A stretch of 64,000 bases of DNA from the NCBI GenBank assembly GCA_001643675.2, contig LSRY02000010.1, positions 1,054,001 through 1,118,000 on the forward strand, written 5' to 3'. The notes below the pieces were generated by a model. That model saw only the letters and a program-made list of their open reading frames with translations. It ran no database searches and was not told where the DNA came from. Each line of letters opens with the position of its first letter. Position 1 is the first letter of the stretch. Below are positions 26,101 through 37,470 of the stretch, one piece after another. The DNA is from Monocercomonoides exilis PA203 (lineage: Eukaryota; Protista; Preaxostyla). The translations under genes were made by a program, and so were the position numbers.

Positions 26101-28160
26101 GTGGTAGTATCTGTACCATTTCCTGTGATTTTTGTATCAACTGCGCTGAATATGAGTGTTTGGGTGGGGACGAAGGAGGAGCTAAGGAGGGTGAGGGATG
26201 TGTCTTGTGTATCTGTCATGAGAACAAGAGCATATTCTATTGTTTCACATGGACAAAGTTGTGTGATTCCACAGAGATCGGTGTTTGTTCCATTATTGGA
26301 TACGATTTTATATGTCGAAATGTGAGGAAGCCAGCTGTTGTATTCAACATTTGTTGCTGTTCCTGCATACCACACTCTTTGAGTGAGGGTTGTTGAGCCA
26401 CACTGATTGAATGGTGATTGAGTGATACTTGTGCCATTGAAGAACACATCATTTCCTCTGCCATTTGCGGCTGTATTTCCATCGAAAAAGCAGAATGTGA
26501 TGAATTTGAACCCGCTCATCCAATTTGATGTTCTTGTGCAACACAACGCAGCACCACCATAGGAAGTTGGATTTTCGACTTTGTTGTTGATGAACTGGCA
26601 CTCTTGGAGCAAATATTGAAGAGGTACTACAAGTGGAGGGTAATGAAATGTGACTGCTCCAGCCGCATCACCACCAGTATTTGCAACGCAGACACAATTT
26701 TTGAACAAGAATTTTGCATCTGACGGCATTTCGTCAAGCACTATTTCCCAACCAGTTCCGCACCAGTTTGTTATTTCGCAACTTTCCACTCTGTTTTCTG
26801 ATAATACCCAAACAGAACTGGATTGGGGCCAGCCAACGTAAGCAGCTCCTGCATGATTGGCTGAACAGATCGTGAAATTGGATTTTGTGATGTTCACATT
26901 TAATAGATTTTGGCAATATAACGCTCCGCCATGATCGCTTGCCGAACATTTGTTGAATGAACAAGAAGTGATTGTGAGATTTGCATTTGTGCATGCAACA
27001 TTTAGTGCTCCACCCCAACTACTTCCACTGTTTGAATCATTCCATTCGCACCATTCAAATTTATGGCTGTTCACATCAAAAGAAGTCAATCTTCCAGGTT
27101 TAGCTCTTTGAGATTCAGTTCCAATATATTCAACAGGATCATTTGGTGAAGAGCGTGTTTGGTGGAGAAAGGAAGTGTTGAAGGCAGAGAGAGAGGTGGA
27201 TGGGCTGTTGAGGTTGGGGAGAATGGCTCCATCGATGGGGTTGTGGGTGTGGAGGAAGATGGTCGAGCGGATGGAAAGAGATGAATGAAGGGAGAAGGAG
27301 GGGAATAAATTGATGTTGGTGTTGGTGAAAGAAGAGATTGAGGTGGTTGAGATGAATGAATTGAGTGAGTGGGAGGGAAGGGATGGGAGAGATGAATGGG
27401 ATTGAGGAGAGGAGATGTTGGAGAAGAGGGTGTTTGAGAGATGAAGATTGAGATGGATTTGGAGGTGGGGATGGGATCGGCGATGGATATGGAGAGAGGA
27501 AGGGGAAGAGGAAATGGAAGGGGAAAGGGAGGGAGATGGAGAAGGGGAAGGGGAAGAGAGGGAAGAAGGAGAAAAAAGGAAGGGCTGGATGAGGGAGATG
27601 AAGGAGGAGAAAGAGGAGTGGGAGATGGAGAAGGAGGCAGGGATTGGGGAGTGGGCATCTGGGAGGAGATTGTTTGGGGTGGAGAAGAGGGGGAAGGAGA
27701 GGATGGCTGGTTGAGGGATGGTGAGGGAGAAGTTGGTGAGGGCGAGGGAGGCATGGGCAGAGATGAAAAGTGGAGATTTTGTTGCTGGGTGTATTATGCA
27801 AGTGGAGGAGCAGATGGTTGCAGCTGAGTGGTGTTTGGAAGTGAGGATCGGACAACCAGCGAGAGGAGCTAATGCGAGATGGGTCATACACAAGGAGGTG
27901 TTGATGATATTTAGACTTGTTTGGGCACAGCAAATGCAATTGTCAATTGATTTTATAACTTGCTCTGATAGAATGTCAAAAATATTGCTATACCCTCCAA
28001 TTCCATTTGCAATGTTAATTGAGTCTTTCTGTATCTCCTCGTTCCATTTTTGTAGGAATTGCTTTTCTTCAGTGATCACGCAATTACAGCAGCTCATAAC
28101 AAGTAATAATAATGCAATAATAATGTTTGTAGTCTGTATGCTGGTGGATTTCCTCATCAT
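20118..28160 (-). CDS. Intronless 2680-aa type-I receptor-like protein: signal peptide, beta-helix/Pmp-like ectodomain, one TM, degenerate (pseudo)kinase C-lobe
   Basis: Hydrophobic N-terminus; GGAL/GGGIY/GGAIF repeats; four G-x-D/N-x3-CG-x4/5-PC modules; TM WALIIAVIFIVMFLIVLVVSIILAV followed by RWKKQKRR; kinase subdomains VIII-XI (RWKAPE, VFSIGMMLWECLTLKVPF, DRP) but no GxGxxG, HRD or DFG. Confidence 0.88.
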   Translation of the reverse strand: MMRKSTSIQTTNIIIALLLLVMSCCNCVITEEKQFLQKWNEEIQKDSINIANGIGGYSNIFDILSEQVIKSIDNCICCAQTSLNIINTSLCMTHLALAPLAGCPILTSKHHSAATICSSTCIIHPATKSPLFISAHASLALTNFSLTIPQPAILSFPLFSTPNNLLPDAHSPIPASFSISHSSFSSFISLIQPFLFSPSSLSSPSPSPSPSLSPSISSSPSSLHIHRRSHPHLQIHLNLHLSNTLFSNISSPQSHSSLPSLPSHSLNSFISTTSISSFTNTNINLFPSFSLHSSLSIRSTIFLHTHNPIDGAILPNLNSPSTSLSAFNTSFLHQTRSSPNDPVEYIGTESQRAKPGRLTSFDVNSHKFEWCEWNDSNSGSSWGGALNVACTNANLTITSCSFNKCSASDHGGALYCQNLLNVNITKSNFTICSANHAGAAYVGWPQSSSVWVLSENRVESCEITNWCGTGWEIVLDEMPSDAKFLFKNCVCVANTGGDAAGAVTFHYPPLVVPLQYLLQECQFINNKVENPTSYGGAALCCTRTSNWMSGFKFITFCFFDGNTAANGRGNDVFFNGTSITQSPFNQCGSTTLTQRVWYAGTATNVEYNSWLPHISTYKIVSNNGTNTDLCGITQLCPCETIEYALVLMTDTQDTSLTLLSSSFVPTQTLIFSAVDTKITGNGTDTTTIASSGIPQPPNSYSQSSQSSSSFSSFSSFSSASSSPDPSASSALFQQTQGSLTVSALAITHNSTNPITPILFHISENSPSLNLNTTTITGTTSITIKTPLFFLTAGSLFLNHTAITCLPLNSQSIFHLASLTAPLTLNSSNITHITSTASPTSCVLSSTTSPALTLAIANCTITNINSEQLSQQTATNGGCISFASSTPANTFSVSDSTFSTCCVSEGASDGGKGGGIYLDCSLNEGGFQLSSISFSECKATVGKNMFVKCENLVNGVNTERFALDFSGYKEDGNAFVGEDGKYGEMDLRVFLVELKWVEVTVSTGGHDTLGCGSEIFPCQSMCSGINHINMTGGEGERKVKVKDEGTIEDIYSFTDALVIERCVNEGDEIQHKPIHFEGAINGDSSSTSSVISSTVSLILLSLKLQIPSQFEPKMNSLVTSIGVLQLVNCLFEIQSSSDIVQYSLISTTTGSCTLKGCSLKDCSFSKSPLVLSSSVLLENNNFSNIENSRSEEGGVARVTLKGNEELVIKSTNASSCSLSSGNGKGGFLHLDCQNCLNEKPFLFDAGITFENNKAAIGKNMFILGKDFNSSVTNDLFKFNYLSMIDDDNLFVGSDDFQDEKDLFMFLIPFSSTEIFISSSGFDVVRCGSVKEPCQSMWKGMENMEKGSGMKTIQIEGSTIIQDSYDLSNYQIKKAVSMGEEDIKATLNFEKAVGNQLEYFMVNNIHLELMNIQLKLASGFDNSAKTIISNKEGDLVITGCSFHSEARVNNGFDCVFVDAIGGSVEVNDLSMESCNVGKNIFVINDAGVYCHFVNVRVESLNESKGCILSIKKSEAGLKTNEGVNEEYVIIEIEKSSFSGVKRSDNGASILESMSEKKIDFVVNESSITEDKAETSEKGGAIFFTLGASGSMKMIELTISHCSCNNSTGRGGGVYLATKETGFLNFAFMGMKFNANTASVGNDVFIECFNISSQINETQFRFDLRENHYSRINAIYGRDECDYPNDTDLIGFITIHQSDTIIVSGVNGSDEKQCGTNTLPCYSIDHGLMHLTSDFMSQVIVVDESVIGCEINLEEMSLSSKSRKMCEVEIKSEIEKTKDSVISTTGEVSLLRVNFVFDSNFTSSHESLISPEGGILEIMNCSFTTKQLTEGENADFANIPFHIFNMAKGELQLDGCSLSNLALHKSALYLSSQLPSVLDSLTFCNSTIEISLIDINECGQFTLEDFNTENITVEGNEESLISCLSMKKKMQLANCTIGGAGSNKAKGKLMKLENCLDVKMDSCIFDGSSNERNEKNTNTEEEMCRLDGSLVDITKSSVVMKDSTIANSPEGGITMSGGNMIIEKGEFIDNNPSIEGYPSLRKNIICSDSGTLNVMSLKGGDGVLPNTSLWMFNDGCSFEGIISERDSSFFIPALESVEAKEETDRMKLTFKGLLLVPCNLSFSITKRKGEEKEIEKHNFDSSGFLSEREVEGSVGKDLISNCGDETEMSVCILFGNAESPSSTNSIILKNRSEGQTSGNERIVEGGKEEKSWALIIAVIFIVMFLIVLVVSIILAVRWKKQKRRTEELEIIVEDNIKKDPKLIEMVTMEISPEEQWRRAEREAEKKNEERMKKRVYEKSLGHSESSEHLLSDSGSTEYILGRDSDKIPEWALEKVDDKEETRKQTPSPSPSLTSTDSESTFVRGEDLCPTTSSMSNLVDAMACSSPHEKLIVDLRDSLFMLLHGRNKTKEMTIGTLQEREQTAAQILFWVANLALHSFDEMENPLQSLANLSPHIVLFSEHMVICIALHSDCSSDSDTSSISSSTVVTSASDNDDSDSLPSSAFEDEDSFKKECLRWKAPELLMNKKMGVTKKSVVFSIGMMLWECLTLKVPFGEYEAVIAGQKIMNGERPDVEEIRGSVLFSVVGSCISAQGKDRPGVVEVRRELLEIFPAEAKMVTMSDAIGATGMIENGEEDEIEEEEDKEGDGKGDEDEGEEEEEEEEGKEEEKIARAFEEMWKGMKRG

Positions 28161-28538
28161 GATGCGAATGCAGGAAAAAATCAGAAAATAAAAAACTCCT
28201 GCGCCCCATATTATAATTATATTATGTTTTTTTTAAAAAAACTGATAATTCTCACTGAAGTCCTTTCAATAAAATCTAACAAAATAATATTCAACAGAAA
28301 GCTATTTCTGATTTTTTGAACTTTGTTATTTTTTTTGTTTTTGTGAGCTTGTTTATTTCATTGAATTATTTGAATTTATTGGAAAAAAATAACATTTAAA
28401 GTAAGATATGGAAATATTATTAATATTATTAATTGATAATTTTTTTCTATATTTTTTAGGTTACGTTTTTAATAGGCCTTTGCGACAAGGAAAAATTTAG
28501 CGATCCATGTCGGTCGAAAAGCGAAACCAATGTCGAGG

Positions 28539-28575
<37 letters not shown>

Positions 28576-29149
28576 AATAAATTTTTCTGAAATATTCAGC
28601 TTGCATCTGAATTTCTTTCTGAAATGAAAATTTGATAAAAATATATTTTTGAATGAACGAAAAATTGTTTAATAATTGTTATGGAAAAAAAATATTTGTA
28701 ACTTCAATTATGAAAGGAAAAAGCTAAAACGAGAATTATTGAAAACAAAATTTATTTTTTTCACTTTGGAAGATGAAAAGAAAAAAAGAAAATATTGCAA
28801 TCAAACAAAAAAATAAAAAAATTGAATTGCGAAAACAGAAGTTAGATTTTTGAAAATATTCTGTTTCTGTTTTGATTATAGAAAAATATTAAATAACGAA
28901 AATTGAAGTTATGCCGCTTGCTTTCATTTTCAACTGTCTGTTTCATTATTTGTGCATCTTTTAATGACCCATAATTGACGCTTCCAATTGACAGATGCCT
29001 GTTGCCAGTTGCCTTCAATTAAATAGAATTCGTGTCTGTCAAATGCAATTTAATCATGATGAGGTGAAACAAATTATGATAAAAATAGTTTTTCTTTAAT
29101 GTGAAGAAAAAGAAGAAGAAAAAGAAGAGTTGTAACCAGCGCTGAGCAT

Positions 29150-31957
29150 CTTCCTGCTATTCTTCATCCACCCCTTCCCATAGACTCTATCAGCGCTGTC
29201 GTTTGCAACAACAGAAAAAGAAGGGATGAGCCATTCAAAGATGAACATGATTGACCTTTCTGCGTTTATTACCGTCAGCTGGCTTCAATCAAACTCAGAA
29301 GATTTTTCAGCAGAAAGATCAGGCTGAGAATCAGAAGGAAGGGACTGGAACACAGCTGTTTGTTGAAGGTGCTGTTGTTGCCGTTGTTGAGGCAAATGAT
29401 GATTTGATGATGATGATGAAGAAGATGGACTTATCGAAGATGTTGCTCCAGAGAGAGCTTTGTCGAATATTTGAGGAGCAATTGAAGAAGAAGAAAAAGG
29501 AGAAAGAGAAGCAAATGACGTGAGTGATGAAGACGGGAATGACAATTGCAGACAGTTTTGTGCAAAAATAGCAGAATTTGATGGAAGAGAAACCTGAGAA
29601 GATGGCGATATTAACATAGGAAATTGAGGAGGAGAATAAGAATGAGGAATCGATGTTGAGCGATGAAGTACAGTTGCTGGATATGTGGAAATTGATCTAG
29701 TAGGCTGATTATTTTGCGAATTTTATTATTGTTGTGGGCTTTTCGATATGGAATGTGGAATAGGAACATCGTGTATCGCGGAAGGAGCTGCTATCCAATG
29801 AAAAGTTTACTAAAAATCATTAGTTGATTAAAGCAAAGCTGGAGTTTCAGAAAATTCACTCACGAAGATACTTCAATTTCACTTTCTGAACGATCTTTTT
29901 CTTCCTCCTTTTTTAATGTTGGTTCTCTTTCTCTTTCTTTTTCTCTTTCTTTCCCTCTCTCTCTCATTTTCTATCTCCTTCTCTCTCCTTTTCCCTCTGC
30001 ATTTCGCCTTCCGTATCTTCTGCGCGTCCACAAGCACCTAAAAGGATTGAACATCAACAAACTCGAACACCACCTCAAAATCTTCTATCGTTTTCAGAGC
30101 ATCCAGCTGCTTCTCATTCAGCAGCCGCATTCAACTCTTTCTTCAGCTCATCGCAAATTCCCGCAAATTTCTCGTCTTCCAATTTTTGTGATTTTCCCGC
30201 TTTCTGTTTTGATTGGATTCGGTTCAACTCGGCTTCTTCCTGTTTTCGATTTTTATGGAGTATCTTTATCTCCTCCTTCCGCTTTGGCCATTCTTGATCT
30301 TCCATTCTCTTTGGCTCGTCCCTCAGAATCTTCCCAACAGTAATGTTTTCTTTCCCTTCATTTTCCAGCTCCAATCATCTCTGTTGCCATCGCTCTTTAA
30401 TCTTCAGCTGCTTCCGCTTCGCTTCCATTGCTTTATCTCTCCACTTCAATTGTTCTTTATCTCGCCTCATCTGAATCTCCCTTTCTCTCTCTCCCATCCG
30501 AACTCCTTCGTTCACTCTCCATGCCACGGGCTGCAACAATCTGTCGATTTTTTTCGTCAAGAGCATCTTTCGAGTCATCTGATTGTGCCTCTTTTGCTTC
30601 TTCTTTGCCTGTATTCTTCTTGTTCTCGTCTTCTTCAATCAGTCGTGATATCAAAGAATCGTCTCATACCACTCCCTCTAACCAATTCTTCCTCTGGATT
30701 TTCTAATTCCTCTTGATCATTCTGAAGTGCTCGTTTATTGCGATGATTGAACTTACACAAAGGACTCCTTCACTCTGTCTCTCATTTCCTCGTCTGATGC
30801 CTCCTGCTCCATCAACCGCAAATACCGCGCCCTCTTTTTCAAATATCGCAACATGTCGCTCCTTCGCTTTTGGTTGATGTGCTGCAAGTTCCAGCTCTCC
30901 CGCTTCCTCCTCATTCTTTCGAGCACATTTTGGATCGCCCACTGCTACAGGTCCCGCAGCCGCTTCGACACAACTTTCCGCCCTATGCCAATCGTGTCCG
31001 GTATCCAAAGATGCGTCGAATCTACGTTAACTGGTGCAGCTGAAGGTGAAATCGAAGACGTTTGCAAAGAGATGAGTACATCATAAAAAGAAAAAAATGA
31101 AACAACATTTGAAATAGCATTGACGGACGATGAAGCTGGAAAAGGCGAAGATGAAGAAGCAGAAAAAGCTGGTGATGAAGATATGCTGCTGTTTTGAGGA
31201 GAAGTCGTCTGAGGAGGAACGAGCATATTTTGTCATGTTGCATCTTATTTGCTGTCAGTTGCTGTTGATGCTATTGTCTATTGTTTAACTGTAGATGCGT
31301 CTGAGAATAAAAAATAAAAGAATTTTGTTCTGTCCTTTGTGAATTTTCTTCGCTTTGTGGCAAAGTCTTTCTGCGAGTCGACAATGGAATGAAAATATGT
31401 TTGTGCATTATTTGTTGTTCATATTGTGAATGTGAAGCAGATAACATTGATGGAGAAAGCATCTGATTGAAAGAAATAACAGAAGGATGAGATTGCAGGC
31501 TCATCGCAGGAGAAATATTGCTTGACAAGGAAGTTTCAGGAGGAGGTAAAAGCTACAGCTGGAATTTCTGCTGTTGCTGTTGCTGCTGTTGATGAAGCAA
31601 TTGCATGTTTCGGAGTTAGTTTTGAATATGATGAAGCACTTTAATGTTGTTTCAGCTGCCATAAAGACAAGAATTTGGGCTGAATAAAGTGACTTTCTAG
31701 GATGTGCTTGAGGTGATTAAGGAGAGAGAAAAAGGAGAAGGAAAATGGATGGAAGGAGAAGAAGAAGGAAGAGAAGAAGAGGAAAGAGAAGATGAAGGAG
31801 AAGAAGTTGGATTGGAAAGAGGGAAAGAGGAGATGTTGTAAAAAGGCGAAGTCAAAGAGATTGAAAGAGGTGGAAGCAGAGAAAATAAATGAACAGTTAA
31901 AAGAGCACAAAAAAACAAATAATTACCTAACAAATTGTTATTCTTCATTTTTACCAT
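29150..31957 (-). pseudogene. Decayed cargo gene inside the hAT element (Ser/Pro/Gln-rich plus E/K/R coiled-coil segments)
   Basis: Coding-like composition broken into many short minus-strand ORFs (31697-31957, 31271-31528, 30945-31226, 30375-30654, 30114-30374, 29285-29617) by stops and frameshifts. No domain recognised. Confidence 0.5.
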
Positions 31958-33399
31958 TTGTTTTCAATGTTAATTCAGCTTTCTTCTTCAAAATAGTTAG
32001 TTATTTCTTTTTCTAATTTCCAGTCTCAAAGTTGAATTCCAAATTTTTCCAAATTTTCACAGCTTATTTCCATTTCCATTTGAATGAATTCTTTTTCCAC
32101 AGGCAGGTGTAATAATAATACACAAATGTTTGTTGTTTATTTCAAATCAATATCATCAACATTGACAATTCCATCAAACAACTTTTGTTATTCATCGTAT
32201 TTGATTATAAAACAATTATTTTTGTCAAACCTTTTTCATGTGCTAACGTTCTATTTCCACAAATCTGAGTTTGTTTTCATAACTTAAAATTTGTTATTAT
32301 TATGGAATGCTCTCAAAAAAACTTTTATTAATAATAACGTTGATTACGATAAAATATGAAGGCTGATGAAGTACTTTGCAAAAGTGTGGCTTTGGACTGC
32401 AAATAAATTATATCAAACAGATAAACACTCAATTTCTAAAAAAAACTTTAATTTTTTCTAGCAATAAATTATATTTTTTACAAAATTGTTATGAAAGTCA
32501 ATTTCTGAATAAAAAGAAAAGTTCTCAGAATAGAATATCTATTCGACAGATAGATCTTTTCGACTGACTGATCTTTCGACCGACTGATCTGTGGATTTCT
32601 CATAGAAATTTTTTAAACATCAATTATTTAAATTATACATCTGCGTCACCTTGAAATAGTCGGGCTCGCGTCAGTCAGTGCCCGGCACTTTTTTTTTATT
32701 TTTTAATTTTTTTTTTTTTTATTTTTATTTTTATTTTTATTTTTATTTATTTATTTTTTTTTTTTTACCAGAAACAAACTATATTATTAATTTCGCTAAG
32801 AAAATGATAAAACACTTTCCAATAATTCAAAAACAACTGAACAAAAATTTCATCACAATTATCAATCAATAAACCTTAATTAAATCTTTTTTTATTTAAA
32901 TACCATTTTTCGCCTTGACAGAAGTCATATCATTCTATATAAATTAATATCAATATTTTTCAATTCGTTTGTTAATGTTTTTGAAGTTAAGTTTTCATTT
33001 TCACATTTTAATTATTATTCTTTTATTAAAAGCTTAAAACCTAAGTGATTTTTTATTGTTAAACAAGTTTTTTCTTCGATAGATATAATTATCATGATTT
33101 TCATATTGCTTTTATGCAATTCGTTAAAGAAAATTCATTCCTTTTTGTTTAACAATTGTTTATTTTTTCAAAAATTATTCATTCGATATGTTGTTCAGTA
33201 AAAAATTGACTTGAGAGAATTATTTTTCATGAATATGAATAAAAATTCTTTGTTATGAAAATGGTAAAAAACAATCTGATTTGAATTGAAAGTTCACTTC
33301 AATTTAAGTCTCATTAAAATTTTATTTGTTTTTTTCATTTAATTGTTGCTCTGATACTTTGTGATTGTTTAAACTTTGAACAAATGAAAAGTTAGTGAG

Positions 33400-35900
33400 C
33401 ATCACAGCTATTCGCATGACATTTTTGATTTTCTTCATCCCTTTTTTTAATTTTATTAAACTTTATCTTTATCTTTTTAAGTTTTTTCTTTCTCTTTATC
33501 TCCTTCTTCTACCTCTCCTTGTGTCGATATAACTTCATCCAATTATTCATCTTCTGTCAATTCATTTCAAATACTTCTGATAAATTCTTCTTTTCTTCTT
33601 CCTTTTCCATCAAAATATTTGCATTTCTTTCTTTTTTCTCTCTTCTTCTTCTTCTTCTTCTTCTTTCACCTCCAGCATTTGTATAATGTTGCATAAAGTT
33701 TATCAAAAGTATTAGAAGAGCTGACAGCTGAGCCATTGAGAATGGAGCAAAGTGTATCAGCTGGTCAACAAAGACTAGTGTTGAGAAAGCAACAGCAACA
33801 TGTTTGTGTCAAATTAATTGTCTTTCTTTATTTTTTTCTAACTCTTCTATGTTATATTTATTTTCCCCTTCTCTCTTTCTCTTTCTCTTTATATATATAT
33901 ATATTTCTTTTTTTCTTTCTCTCTTTTACCAATTTGATTCCCTTAACTTTGTATTTGTGTCAATTCAGAACAAAGTGCATGTGAGTTTATTTATTCATAT
34001 CAGTTTCAATGCATAACTCTTTTCTTTGCAATTATTTGTTGATTTATCTTCTCTATTATTATATTTTCTTCCATATTTCTTCTCTTCTCTTTATTTCTCT
34101 TCTCCTTCTCCTTCCACTCATCCCCAGCTACACCCAGCGCATTCCAACTACCCTCCGCCCTCTCCACCTCTCCAACTACACAGCTGCTCCTGTTTCTGGT
34201 GTGAATTACGTCCCTTCTCCGCCTCCTCTTCCACTTCGTGATTTTGTTCCTTCCGCGCCTTCATGGACTGACCATGGGCAGAGGAAAGAGGAGAAAGGGA
34301 AAGGGAAAGGGAAGAAGGGTAAGAAGGAGAAGAGAGAGAGTGAAGAATGAGGAAGAGGAAGAAGAAAATGAAGATGATTTTATTTTGTTTAGTGAAATGG
34401 AAAACAATGAAAATGGCAGATTTGGAGAAGAAGCAGAAAAATAAGAATCTGAGACATTCTGTTGCTTTCTGTACAACTGTGCATGAATCACTGTTTGCAT
34501 TATATCCTTTTCATTTGAAATTTTTGTTTCATTTTTCTTCTTTTTTTATGTCTCTCATCGAAATCATCATCATCATTTCTTTTCACTTTTTTTCATTTTT
34601 ATTTATTTATTTATTGTTTTATTTATTTATTTTCATTTAAATTTTTTTTTATTATTTTCGTATTCACCTTTCATTATTTTTTTTTTTTTTTGACATCCAA
34701 TATCTATTTCAGAACCGCTCTACATAACCAGAAGGTGAAGAACAAGAAGCAGAAAGATGGCAGTGTGTCTGTGTCCAGCTGGAAGGGGCTGTTTGAAGTG
34801 GCAAAAAGATTATAGTTTATTTCGCCTTTTCTTTCTCATCGTCGACAGAAGAAGGAAGAGAAGAAAGAGAAAGAGGAAAGGAAAGGGGAAAAGGAAAAGG
34901 AAAAGGAAGAGAATAGAAATAGAGGGATGGAGAGAAGATGTGGGAAGAAGAGGGAAGAGGAAGGAGAAGGGAGAGAGAATGAGAATAAAAAGGAAAAAAT
35001 ACATTTCATTGAAAATTCTCTTTCTGAGTCAATTCATTTTCCCAACAGTCAAAAACCGCCTTTTCTTCCATCAACACAGCCAGCTTCTATCAGAAAACAT
35101 ATCAAATGTATCCACTTCACCTTCTTCTTCTTCTTCTTCTTCTTCAGATTCTTCTTCTTCTTCTTCTTCCACATCTCCTTCTAACTCATCCATTTAAAAT
35201 TCTTCCATTCGCTCACCTTCTTCTTCTTCTTCTTCTTCTTCTTCTTCTTCTTCTTCTTCTTCTTCTTCTTCAGAATCCAAGTCTCCCATCCGCATCTCCT
35301 ACACAAACCGTATCCGTTCCTTTTTCACCACTGTCCCCAGACCAACTTCCTGCACATATGTATTCTTCCCCGACCGCACCTCGTTCTTTCTGAACACCAA
35401 CGGCTTCACCTCCACCTCCGTGCCCCCATAGCTCTCCCCACATGCAAAAACTCGCATCGCCCACGGAACTCCGAGCGCAAGCACACTGAAGTTGCTCCTC
35501 CGGATGCTGCTTCGCTGTTTTGCTTCAGTTTCTTAGCAGCTCCAAGATCCGCTGCCATAACTCTGCCTCCTTTGCTTTCTGGTGCTCCAATATTCAATGG
35601 ATTCAATCCCACAAACTCGAGTATCATTCCCACCACATCAATCGCTGCCTCATTAAACATACTCGCTTCATTCTGCAGCACGACGCAAGTATTCCTAACC
35701 AGAAGTTTCAAGCCTTTGCCATGCAAAGTTAAAACTCTTCCGCATCGCATGCTTCTGCTTCTCCCACTGCATTCAGACTGCTGAACACCACACGACTGTC
35801 CTTCACATCCAACACCTCACTCGTCTCCAGAACCTGCACACTCAACCTCGTCTTTATCACTCTTTGATTCCACACTCATCAAATCACAAATTTCGACTTT
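33400..35900 (+). pseudogene. Second decayed, apparently intron-containing low-complexity cargo gene inside the hAT element
   Basis: Alternating coding-like (Ser/Pro-rich, Lys/Glu-rich) and T-rich intron-like blocks with GTTTG/GTGAG donors and TTTCAG acceptors. No continuous frame. Confidence 0.35.
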
Positions 35901-36097
35901 TCTTTTTTACTTCAGCTCATTCAATATTCAGTTAATAAACTTCGATTATCTATCAAAACTAAAAAACATTTAGATTCTGTGCTATATTTCAGTTTTTTGT
36001 AAAGGTCAAGAGATATGGGAAAGAAAACAAATAAGTGACAAATAAAATAATCGATTCAATAGATTCAAAACTGAAAAAAACTTAGCACCATGAGAAA

Positions 36098-37470
36098 TTA
36101 AAGACGAAAAAGAGCATTGAGTGTTCTGTCTGAAATATTGTGGCTACAATCTCCAATTATTCTTCGGGCTTTCGAAAATATTCTTTCACAGAATGATTCA
36201 CTGCATGGCGAAGTTATTATACAGTAAGCAATATTTGAAAATAATGTATGTGTTTCACTGAAGGAACCAAAATCTTTATAAAAAATGGAACCATCTTCTT
36301 CTATGACTTCATCTTTCTCTTTTTGAAGAAATAATACTTCAAAAAACTTCATGCATTGAGACTTTATTCTGTTGTGCCTTTTGTGCATCATATAATCCAA
36401 CAAAACTCTAAAACCTGCAACAATCCTTCCAAACCAATCAGAAAATGTGTTATCCCAAATTGTTTTCGATGTTTTATTTTCCAAATAAATATTGCACACT
36501 TCAATTCTTTTGAGACGAGAAAAATCGCAAATAAAATCCACATCATTATTGATTTCGCTTTTGCTTTCTGTTGCTTCTTCATTTTTCGTTCGTTCTTTTG
36601 AATTTGTTGTATTTTCAATAATAATTTGTGTTCTTTCTGCCACATCTGCTGGAAAACTGTCCGACACTTTATCACGCTGAGTTGTTTTTCTAGTCAAGAA
36701 GCAATTGATTAGAACTTCTTGATTATATTCATGTCGAAATTCTTCATCCTTTTCTTCTTCTTCTGCCAGAATCAATCCATACAAATTTAGTTCATCAAAA
36801 TAATCGAATTCATATTGTTCTTCAAATTCTTCTGCTTTCTCTTGAGAATTCGAATCAAGAGTTAATATGTGAGCATTTTGATTTTGAAGTTTTGAATTTG
36901 AGAACTCATTATTCAGAGCTTTTGTGCAATTTATTTCTATAGAAAGAAAAGTGATATTGCTGTGGGCAACAATGATAATGAATGATTCAGCGAGCTCTCC
37001 TTTGGATGTTGTTTCAGAAGAGCTATTGTTTAACTTCGAATTAACCGACCGTGTTGATAAATTGGACTTCTGTGAAAAGAACTATGATATCTGATTATTC
37101 TGAATAAAATCACATTTGTAATTATTAATCATTGAGTAGTCCTTTCGACCCGTCGTTCCACCAGCAACACCATCTTTTTGACATGGACATATAAAAGGTC
37201 TGTTCAAATCCTTTTTCGAAGTTATGCCTTTAAACAAAGGAGCAAATGCAATAAACAATTAACGATTAACGACGTCGAGAGTCGATTTGGAAATAACAAA
37301 TTCTTTCTGCTTTAGATGAAAATAACCTGTGATGAAATATTGCATTTTAAATTGATCAATTCCAAGAAAAATCAACAAATATAAATTGTTTGCGTATTCA
37401 CAGTTTTCGATTTTTTCGTGTTTGATCCACTCACACCTGTATAAATTAAACATCTTCACAGTTTCTTACT
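36098..37470 (-). pseudogene. hAT transposase remnant (C-terminal dimerisation domain retained; catalytic core apparently deleted)
   Basis: C-terminal hATC motif LFSNIAYCIITSPCSESFCERIFSKARRIIGDCSHNISDRTLNAL. Upstream GELAESFIIIVAHSNITFLSIE resembles the hAT N-terminal helical block. Total span ~1.4 kb with stops. Confidence 0.78.
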
